From positions 83,700,001 to 83,764,000 of the forward strand of contig CM060731.1 in NCBI GenBank assembly GCA_030704615.1: a stretch of DNA of 64,000 bases, written 5' to 3'. Each line of letters opens with the position of its first letter. Within the stretch, counting starts at the first letter, position 1. The notes beneath the pieces are model-generated. The model was not told the DNA's origin. It saw only the letters and a list, made by a program, of their open reading frames with translations, and did not search any database. This DNA comes from Takakia lepidozioides. Lineage: Eukaryota > Plantae > Bryophyta. Shown piece after piece: positions 49,533 to 60,200 of this stretch. Position numbers and translations under genes: made by a program.

Positions 49533-49580
49533 GAGGTTTGCTATTTCATGAGCATGAGCGGCATGAGCGGCATGAGCAGA
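49533..49580 (+). repeat. Left TIR (short, imperfect, CATGAGC(GG) repeats)
   Basis: Inverted match to 63830-63889. Confidence 0.9.
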
Positions 49581-49769
49581 GTAGTAACACAATCGGTTTT
49601 CATGAGCAGAAGTACAAATTTCGAAAATTAAAAACAATAAAAAACAATAATTTAATGCAATGTGTCAGGAAAAACAAATATATTATTCGGCCCCTTGAAG
49701 GGAAAATTGCACTTTTGACAGTTGTGCTCATGAAATTTCGTCTTCCGCTCATGCCAATTCCCAGCGACA

Positions 49770-50220
49770 TGTGCAAATATGGCGCCGAATTTCGCGGTAA
49801 TAGGGTCCGTAACCTGAAAAAACGGCGGCGTATTTCGCGGCAATAGGTCTGTCTGGCGAAAAATGGTGCCGAATTCCGCGGCTATAGGTCCCCTCATGAC
49901 AGGTAATTCGGCGCCATTTTTCCAGTGCATGTTCGGACTTAGCCAGTTTTCGGCGCAAAATAGGGAAATTCGGCGCCATTTTTCCAGACACTGTACCAGT
50001 GCATGTTGGGACTTAGCCAGTTTTCGGCCCAAAAAAGAGAAATTCGGCGCCATTTTTCCAGACACGGTACCAGTGCATGTTGGGACTTAGCCAGTTTTCG
50101 GCCCCAAAAAGAGAAATTCGGCGCCATTTTCCCAAACACAGGTACCAGTGCATGTTGGGACTTAGCGAGTTTTCGGCCCCAAAAAGAGAATTTCGGCGCC
50201 ATTTTTCCAGAAATGGCCCC
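49770..50220. repeat. Left subterminal array (~74-bp units with GAAATTCGGCGCCATTTTTCC)
   Basis: Tandem units GGTACCAGTGCATGTTGGGACTTAGCCAGTTTTCGGCCCAAAAAAGAGAAATTCGGCGCC. Confidence 0.87.
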
Positions 50221-50365
50221 AGAACTGCTTCTGTTGGATCTCAGTTTGAATGGAATATTGCCTCATTCCAGGAGTTTTGGGGTGCATTTCATTACACTGC
50301 AAAAAAAAGTCTGATACAGCAAAATGCATTTGAAAATATCCATATGGAGGATTCCGTTTGCCCCA

Positions 50366-53300
50366 TCAATGATTTCTGGAATCCCTAAGGAGGAGTTTGT
50401 GCAGCTCGTTCACGCTCAACGCCGGTGCATGAATAAAGTCATCAATAGTCACGTTCATCCTCAACCTCTTCAGGTAAATGTAATACAGATGCTTGCACGG
50501 ATAATACTTCGAACCCTTCTTTGCTTCCATCAACGAGAAGTCCGTACAGTTGCAAGTCGGCTCCACTCCAATCGTAATTGTGTATACATCGTCGCGTACA
50601 GCCGAGCCGGCCGTTGCCATCCGATACACACGCCCAAGGCCGGGTGGGGGTACGTCCACGGAGCTCTGAATAGTGCAAGCCATCCCAAGAGCATTGGCAA
50701 TCCGAGTCTCATTCAACTTGTTGGGAGGGTGTCGTCTCTTCACTCTTCCGAATCGCATTGTGGGATGTGCAGAATTGTCCAATCCGTCTCTACTGGACCG
50801 AGCAGTATGCAATGGCTGGGTCTGAGGAACCGGAAATGCGTGGGCCGGGATGTCTGTGCGTTGCACCATTCGAAATCCTGCTGCAGATAGAGCATCCGCC
50901 TCATTCTGAGAGAGGCTGCAACCCGGTGCAACAGGCCAGACGCCCGGAGGCTCCGGCATTCCCTGAATCCCGTACTTGGGCTTGCCAAATACACAGGTCA
51001 TTATGTCGTGCCTACAGAACCAAAATGTCTGCGTTGTGGCGTGAGCAAATGTGGGAGTCAAAAATCTGCCGCTGAAACAAGGTGCAGGTACAGCACCGTG
51101 TGGGTTCCTCCGAATCATCTCACCACAGCGTGCTCTCGTATCCACCCGGATGGCGCAACACTTCCCTCGAAATGCCGGCAATGTCCTCGCAATTCTCCAC
51201 TGTGACTCTGACACTCTTGTCTCCACAATGGGAATGTTGTATTGCTTTACTACAGATGGCTCGTTATGTTGCCGGGGCACGCGCCCTGTGCTCAAAGGAG
51301 ATGGCGATCTTGAACGTGCAGGACTTCCGGTGCTCGACGAGACCTCCTCGGACAACATCACCGGACCACGAGGGAGCGTGCGAATATTCTTGTCAGCTCG
51401 CCATGAATCCTCTTCTCCGCCAGGTGCCTCGTCAAGTCTTCGTCTCACTGGACGGGTATGAACATCTCCTTCCAAATGTTGGCCTCTTCGCAGCAATGGC
51501 GTGTCCCGAAGGCCCTCTCGCAAGGCCGCCGCCCACTTCCGAGGATTCTTCGATCTGGAGGCAGTCCGCATCAGCATTTCCTGCCTGTCCGGCCCCAAGC
51601 CCCACTGTTTCCCTTTCAAGAACTCGTTGTACCTGCATTGCTGCATAATTGACCTCACAATGTCCTCCGTTGTGGCAGTGAGGATGTCCACCAGATGCGC
51701 CGCAGAGGAGGCACGCCAGGAAGAGTGCACTGATTCGGCCATGTTTGTCGTGGGCATGTCGGTGTCGGAGTCGAGACACATTTCCTGCACAAGCACATGT
51801 TGAGGTTACAAGCAAGTTACAAATATGGCCAAGAATAATATCCAACGGGACGCGAATTCGTGCAACTCACCTCCCGCATATAGTCGCCGAACTGGAGGAA
51901 ACGATAATGCCACCATGCTAGCCAACTGACCATTGCTCCTTCGTCTGATTTCCTTACAGCACCTGACGATGTCCACCAAGCCCGTATGCATGCAAACTGT
52001 GTCTCTGCATCATCCAAGGTGGGAGCGCGCTTCCACGCAAGACACATGGAACGGTGCTCCTCTCTGAAATCTGGCGCCACGAGCCTGGTTGTGTACTGCG
52101 AAAGGCTCTGCAGAAAGTGGAACCCACAAGATCTCTCCTTGCCTTCCATGGGAACATTGGGGTCTTGCCCGTACACCCTTCGGATGGCAGCCCAATTTGC
52201 TTGTGCGTTGTCCGCCATGAAACCACGGAAATTGGGAGGGGGCAATCCCGCCTTGGCCATCTGTTCGTTTATTCCCTGCCAAAGAAGCATCTCCGATTGT
52301 GTGTCCTCTCCTTTCATCTCACAAATAGCAATTGTCATTAGCATCCTGCAGTGGGTGTCGTAGACATGTGCACCCATTGTCACCCACTGGTGATTTGTAA
52401 TTCGCTTGATATGGTCGAACATGACCCAACTGTTTGACAAGTTCCCACTCGTCATCCTGTCGACCAGTTCGACGCCACTGCCAGGTCCACACGTGGACAT
52501 TTTGAATACGAAACAACGATCTGCCTCAGTCCCTTGTCCTGGAAACCTACTTCCATGAATGTAGTCATATCCACATCGTCGCTTCACCTCCAGAATGGAG
52601 TGCATATCCGAGCCACGCCCAATTTTCTGTTTGCATGAGACAATGTGGTTTCGGACATTCGGTGAACATACGTGGGACACCGACTCTAGCAATGCCTCCA
52701 TTTCCTTCTCGTCGAGAGGAACTCTATCCGAGCCGTCTTCCGACATAATTCTGGCCAATGCCATCTTATGGGCGGCTTGGAGCTGTATCTGTTTGGGTTT
52801 GGCACCCGGTCTCAACTTAACCTCCTCCTGAACGAGCTGCTCTGCTTCGTGGGCAGCCTCCCGCGAGTTCCCCCTCGCCAATTTGTGACAATGGGAACCA
52901 ACGTGTATGCAAGCTCGGGTGAGGTCAGGGAAACGGTGCAACACATAGAACTGCTTGGCATTACAAACAGACATGCAGTGTGGTGGTTCTTTGCAATGCG
53001 CACACTTAAATGTGGAGTTCGGAACCTTCTCCTGAGCTCGAAATGGTTGGTGAGCTGTGCCTGTCCAATCGGTCTCGTTCCTGTGACCTCTGGATTTAAA
53101 GTGGAAGCAAGTTGGGGAGAAACACCGCAACGCGCCCGCACAAACAACGTAGCGCACCCGCACACCATCAAGCATCTTCATGCTGGTGGTTTTGGTAACG
53201 CACCAAGGATGACCGTCATGTTTTCTATCCATATCTGTCAACATTCCGGACGCCCTCGAGTAGTCCGCCCGAGGAGGGAACTCAAAGAAGATATTACCGT

Positions 53301-54090
53301 CGACGTCGGCGGGAAGGCATGTAACCGATTTAATTGCGAACTTGCTGTAGTCCAGCCCGGCCAGCTCCGACCGGTGTCCCTCCAGGTGAAGCCCTCGCAG
53401 AATTTCTAGAATAGATCGAACTGCGGTGCTCGTGCTGGGAATATGACTCCCTCCTCCACTGACGTCCATTGAGGACTTGCCTGATCTCCAGGACGACCTC
53501 GGAACTTCCATGACCTCGTCTGAGTCGGACAGGTTGTGAACAACCCGGTTCTCGGTCGTCTTCATGGATGGGTTCGGCTCTGGATTTACTTCGTTGCGGA
53601 CTTCTCTCTTTGAGGTACCCACTCTCTGATTCGCGGATTGTTTCGTGGAAGGCGCCAGGATAGACGGTGCATTTGGCGGGCAAATGAAGTCCCCAACAGC
53701 CCTGTATATGACGCTGTCCGATGGTGGAACTCGCCATTCCCTGCCATCGCCGAAATCATCGTGGAGCACAACAATACTCTCGACAACAAGGCCGTTTGAG
53801 TCCTTCCTTTCCTCCTCCAAAAAAACCGACCCCGGTTTCAGGTGGTATCGAACGCACAGATATTTCTCCATCACCCGGCAGGTGTCCCCTCTGCACGGAA
53901 ATGAAGCTCTATGCTCGTGAGGAGGGCAGTACACTGTAGCGCTCGGGTTTTCCGCCATGGGAGATGTGCACACAAGACTGCCAGGATGGCGTGCGGGGAA
54001 GCTCCCTGGTAGAAGGGGGTGCAGCGATGGGAATGAATGCGATGCCGATTTGTCCGAGCGACGAAGCCTGATCCAAATCCAGGGAGCCAA
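50366..54090 (-). CDS. Mutator-like (MULE) DDE transposase with N-terminal Cys/His zinc-binding region and C-terminal SWIM finger; spliced, some frameshifts
   Basis: ORF 51817-54090 has WVMFD (D1), GFMADNAQA (D2) and CGFH (CxxH). ORF 50366-51796 has PTTNMAESVH (E) and SWIM CNCTDF...PCKH. Probable intron at ~51790-51870. Confidence 0.9.
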
Positions 54091-54259
54091 CTATCTCAAA
54101 AATCCACAGTCAGAGTGTTAATGAACCTTGTCTCCGGAATGCGGCCCCTCGTCTTTGCGCAATAACTGCCAACGGTATGCAGTCAGAAAGTGGGGGGCCG
54201 TCCGGATGATGACGGCTGAAGGGGATAAGCCGGCACCGTGCCGTCACATTACTACCCCC

Positions 54260-57030
54260 GAATGGAAATTCGGCACCCAACATCCAACAGAGGAAGCCCG
54301 GATGAAGTCGCCTCGGGCGCAGAGGCCGGAGTGTGTGCGACAGAGAACATCCCCTGGATGGAGATTCGGCGCCGAATTTCCATCCGGTCCCCCCAAAGGG
54401 AGTCGTGTCGGGGGTCAGGCCGAAAACTGGACGGCATAAAAACATCCCCAGATGGAAAAACGGCGCCGAATTTCCATCCGGGGCGATTCGGATGCAGTCG
54501 GGGAGGGGGGAGTGGCCTGCAGTTGGCTGTCACATTTCAACCCCCGGACGCAACGAATATCGAACAGGGGACGCCCGGATGAAGTCGCCTGGGGCACAGA
54601 GGCCGGCCAGTGTGCGACAGAGAACATCCCCTGGACGGACATTCGGCGCCGAATTTCCATCCGGGCCCCCCAAAGGAAGTGTTGTCGGGGGGTCAGAGCG
54701 AAAACTGGCCGACATAAAAACCTCCACAGATGGGAAAACGGCGCCGAATTTCAATTCGGGGCCGTTCCAATGCAGTCGGGGAGGGGGGAGAGGTCGGAAC
54801 CTGGCAGTCATATTTCAACCCCCGGGACGGAAATTCGGCACCGAATATCCAACAGAGCGGCGGAGAGGCGGCACCTCTCCGACAGAGACCATCCCCCGGA
54901 TGGAGATTCGGCGCCGAATTTCCATCCAGCAGGTAAGTGGAATCTCGGATGGATGGAGATTCGGCGCCGAATTTCCATCCAGCAGGTAAGTGGAATCGGA
55001 TGGATGGAGATTCGGCGCCGAATTTCCATCCTGCAGGTAATTCGAATCCCGGACGAATGGAAATTCGGCGCCGAATTTCCATCCAGCAGGTAAGTGGAAT
55101 CTCGGATGGATGGAGATTCGGCGCCGAATTTCCATCCTGCAGGTAATTCGAATCCCGGACGAATGGAAATTCGGCGCCGAATTTCCATCCAGCAGGTAAG
55201 TGGAATCTCGGATGGATGGAATTCGGCGCCGAATTTCCATCCTGCAGGTAATTCGAATCCCGGACGATGGAAATTCGGCGCCGAATTTCCATCCAGCAGG
55301 TAAGTGGAATCTCGGATGGATGGAGATTCGGCGCCGAATTTCCATCCTGCAGGTAATTCGAATCCCGGACGAATGGAAATTCGGCGCCGAATTTCCATCC
55401 AGCAGGTAAGTGGAATCTCGGATGGATGGAGATTCGGCGCCGAATTTCCATCCTGCAGGTATTCGAATCGGACGAATGGAAATTCGGCGCCGAATTTCCA
55501 TCCAGCAGGTAAGTGGAACCTCGGATGGATGGAGATTCGGCGCCGAATTTCCATCCAGGTAAGTGGAACCTCGGATGGATGGAGATTCGGCGCCGGATTT
55601 CCATCATGCAGGTAATTCGAATCACGGATGAATGGAAATTCGGCGCCGAATTTCCATCCAGCAGGTAAGTCGAATCCCGAATAAATGGAAATCCGGCGCC
55701 GAATTTCCATCCAGCAGGTAAGTCGGATCAGTGCCGTATGGATATTCGGCGCCGGATTTCCACTCGCCATTTATTTCTGAGCGAGGAATTACCTTCGTGC
55801 AGGTAATTCCCATATAAGAATTACCTTCATGCAGGTAATTCGCATATAAGAATTACCTTCGTGCGGTAATTTCCAGATGACAATTACCTTCCTGCAGGTA
55901 ATTCCAATCGATGTTTATTCCTCGTCCAGAATTACCTGCACAAAGGTAATTTTCATCTGGAAATTACCTGCTGAAGGTAATTCTTATATGGGAATTACCT
56001 GCACGAAGGTAATTCCTCGCTCAGAAATAAATGGCGAATGGAAATTCGGCGCCGAATATCCATATGGCACCGATCCGACTTACCTGCTGGATGGAAATTC
56101 GGCGCCGATTTCCATTCATCCACGATTCGAATTACCTGCAGGATGGAAATTCGGCGCCGAATTACCTGCTTCAGGGAAATTTGGCGCACCGCCCTACCTG
56201 CGCGGATGGAAATTCGGCGCCGGATTTCCATCCGCGCGCTTCCGAATTACCTGCTCGAAGGAAATTTGGCGCACCGCCCTCCTGCGCGGATGGAAATTCG
56301 GCGCCGGATTTCCATCCGCGCGCATCCGGAATTACCTGCTCGAAGGAAATTTGGCGCACCGCCCTACCTGCGCGGATGGAAATTCGGCGCCGGATTTCCA
56401 TCCGCGCGCATCCGAATTACCTGCTTGAAGGAAATTTGGCGCACCGCCCTACCTGCGCGGATGGAAATTCGGCGCCGGATTTCCATCCGCGAGCATCCGA
56501 ATTACCTGCTTGAAGGAAATTTGGCGAACCGCCCTCCCTGCGCGGATGGAAATTCGGCGCCGGATTTCCATCCGCGCGCATCCGAATTACCTGCTTGAAG
56601 GAAATTTGGCGCACCGCCCTCCTGCGCGGATGGAAATTCGGCGCCGGATTTCCATCCGCGCGCATCCGAATTACCTGCTTGAAGGAAATTTGGCGCACCG
56701 CCCTACCTGCGCGGATGGAAATTCGGCGCCGGATTTCCATCCGCGCGCATCCGAATTACCTGCTTGAAGGAAATTTGGCGCACCGCCCTCCTGCGCGGAT
56801 GGAAATTCGGCGCCGGATTTCCATCCGCGCGCATCCGAATTACCTGCTTGAAGGAAATTTGGCGCACCGCCCTCCTGCGCGGATGGAAATTCGGCGCCGG
56901 ATTTCCATCCGCGCGCATCCGAATTACCTGCTTGAAGGAAATTTGGCGCACCGCCCTCCTGCGCGGATGGAAATTCGGCGCCGGATTTCCATCCGCGCGC
57001 TTCCGAATTACCTGCGTGAGGGAAATTCCG
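54260..57030. repeat. Central array between the divergent genes: ~53-bp units, a large inverted repeat, then 84-85-bp units
   Basis: About 35-40 copies of GAAATTCGGCGCCG(A/G)ATTTC. Unit orientation flips around ~55917. Confidence 0.95.
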
Positions 57031-57242
57031 GGACTGTTTTCGTCGATTTTCTTCCGACATGGAGGGCTTCATCCGACATTTAATTGCGCAGTTGGGCAAT
57101 AAATGTCGACGGCCGTCGGTTATTATTCGGGCTGGCGACGCATGGCTTCCTGGACACGTACCCTAAATCTCATGCTATACTTGGCTTAACATGGTATTCC
57201 AGGCATGTACCCCAAAAAAGGAGATCTTTTTGGCTGGGACTT

Positions 57243-60200
57243 ATGCCGCCTGAAGGGCGTGGCTCTCCTGAGAGAGACCTCAGATCCAGACCGCGGCGGA
57301 AGTTGAAAGCTCTGTACTACGGACGACGGCCAATCTCTCGCATGGCCAAACTGAAGCTCCAGCAGGAGATTCCAGTGTCTTGCTCACAACCTGCGCCAAC
57401 TGAAGCCGAGTACTCTCAGGCAAGCCACTTCTGCTTTCGGTTTGTTCGATTTCTTTTTTGCTTTCGCTTCGTTACCTCGCTTTGTTTCTGCATCTTCATC
57501 CTGGCTTTGCTTATGAGTGAACTTTAGATAGTTGACTGAACCTTAGATTGTTTGCAATGCGTGTGCAAATCCGGCAGCTCTGGAGAAGGCTGCTTGTGCA
57601 TGTCATTCTTAGGCAATGGTTGCATTTGTTTTCATTGTTGTTGCATGGCTCTCCATACTTCCTAAACTTGTTATGTTTTCATTTTTGCTACATGATTGCT
57701 GCTATGGTGGTTGCGCTGCTGCTTTTTGCACCACTGTTGGTGTTCACGATTTTTGTCAATCACAGAGTGACGACGAGCCCGGCACGCTGGTGGTATCATC
57801 GACAGCTCCAACTCATCGCATGTTTGAATCGCCCAACTTGGGGCGAGAGGGCAAACTTAAATCTTTTGTTGGTGGACGGGAGGACTTGCAACGAGATTAC
57901 GATAGAGTAGGCATTGGGGAGGTTGGTGCAGGCGGCATGGCAGGTGAAGGGCGTGAGGACATGAGGACAGCAGATCCGGCAATGGAGGTTGTTCATGCAC
58001 ATGCAGTAGGGCCCGCCCACGCAAAGAAAAAGAAGAAAGCTAAGCACATGCAATCCCCGGCGAGAGAGCAGTCACGGGCTGCGGAGGGGGGAGTGAGCAG
58101 TGCGCGCGAGGGTGTCAGTTCGCCTCAATCAAAGGTGGTCGTCCTGGAGGGCTCCCCTGTTGCTAGCCCTAGTAAGAAACAGAAAGCCCGTGAGAGGGCA
58201 AAAGAGAGGGCAAAAGAACAGACGAGACAGAATGCTAGCAAGGAGGAAAGACAAAAGGCAGCTGAAGAGGCCAGGGGTGCCCAAATGACAGATGCCAATG
58301 TAAGCGAGGGACACACAGAGACGGTGGATCCCTACAAGACACCACAGAGAGGCAGTAGCACACCGGTTAGACCATCGCGGGCAAGTGCAGCCCCCGCAAT
58401 TACCCATACGGTGGAGAGTGGAGGAGAGGAAAGAACACCTGAAAGAGCACCGATTGTGCAAGTTCGAGGTGAAGCCAGGGAGAGGGCAGTAGAGACGACG
58501 AGAGTGCTGGAGGTGGTTTCGCAGGTGGCTGACCCTGTTGAGGAGGACGACATGGATGTTTCTGACCAGGATGACATTCTCCGGACATCCCCAGGCCCCA
58601 AACCCGGAGCATACAGGCTGGATTTGGCGGTCTTGGTGGGCTGCCGGAAAACCCCTCTGCAGCAGACGTCATGTCTGAGGCGGATATGAAGTTGGCCGCT
58701 GCCAAGATGTTGGAGGCAACCCACAGCAACATTGGCAGGGTGCTGGGGGGCATGGTGTACCCGGCCAAGCTTCGAATTCCCCTTTGCCGCTTGGTGTCAT
58801 TGCAGGTGGTGAGACCTGCCCTCCCAGGCGATATCGACAAGCTGAAATTCTCTTTCCGGGATGGATATCGAATGGGGTCTGCCGCCTTTTACGTTTCCAT
58901 TGAGAACGACCACGGAGCTTCCCGTGCCCACACTTCCGATGAGGTGGACAAATGGGGTCCCCATTGGCAAACGCGAAATGAGGAGTTCGAGAGATCGATT
59001 GCTAGTGATCCTCTTTTCCAGCACATGTCCGGTAAGATGTTCTACGTTGGGACGGCAATCATCGCCTCCTGGCATGGATGGAGCACATTGCCCAAGCCCA
59101 CCCCAACGATCTCGATTGGCATTTCGCCGTCGATTGTGTTGTGCTGAAGGTTGCGGGGCCCAAAGATCGCAGTCTTCTCAAAGCTGCAATGGCCGACATC
59201 AACTCGTAAGCTACAACCCCTCTCGCTTTTGGACTTTGAATTTGGAAGTCATTTCATTGCGAATCCTCATATATGATGAAAATTCCCATTTCAGTATTGT
59301 TTGATGGAAATGTGGCACTGCAGGGTGACTGAGAATGCCTTCATTGCCACCAACTTGTCCCATATGCTCTTCCGAGTGAAGGATGTCGGGAAGCAGGGGG
59401 TGCAAGAGTTTGCCAATTCCCTCAGTGCCGACCTCCTGCGCAAGTCGGAGGCAAAGGCAGACAGAACCTGGTATAGGCTGAGCGTCGACGCCATGGTGGA
59501 CTACATATTTCGGGTAAAGCTCCTCACAGTTTTGTTGAGCTAATTTGTCTCTCCTCCCCCAATAGAAGAAATTGTGTTGAGCAGGATCTCTAATCTTATG
59601 TGCTGCTTTTCGACAGACGAAAATACAGCAGGATTTGGCACATGCGCGGAGGTTCTACATGGAGTCAGAGGAGAAGAATCCAACCCTCCCGGAACTCGAA
59701 TCGTATGTCAAAGCTGCGGAGGTGAGGGCCCGCATAAAGTACAAGTCGCGGATGGTAAAGTACGTGGCCATAGCTGATCCCGCCCTTGGTGCCGACTTTC
59801 TGGTGGAGGTGGGAAAGCACTACTCTCGCGCTCTGAAGCCCACGATGACATTGGAGAAGCTCCATCGTCTAGCCACATCCTGTGTGGATGCAACAGAAAA
59901 GGTGATACATTCTTAACCAAATTGTGGTGGCAACAACTCCTTTTTGTGGTGTTTGGCGCTTACGAATATGCTGGGTGGTTGGACAGACCCGGTGGCTCCA
60001 AATCTGGAATGGTTCCCAAAGTACCAGGGACATGTGGAGCTTCCCCAAACCGGACAAACTCTCTGACCCCACATTCGACATGTGGATGAACCGCATGACA
60101 TGGTGGTTTCAGGTACTTCCCCACGCTTCGTTTGGGGCTTCTACTCTAGTAGGGGGTGGATTCATTGTATTTTTTGAGGAAAGCGATCTGATGGACAATC

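Noticed and set aside
54260-57030. Palindromic repeats at regular spacing resembling a CRISPR array (also 19540-20890 and 27245-28295)
   Set aside because: The spacers are themselves repeated, not unique; there are no cas genes; the context is eukaryotic with introns.
54693-57102. Long ORFs with repeated MEIRRRISI / WKFGAEFPS peptides (also 5754-6288, 33763-35726, and MRHRIS/KCGTAF ORFs)
   Set aside because: Artefacts of stop-poor palindromic tandem repeats, open in several frames on both strands.
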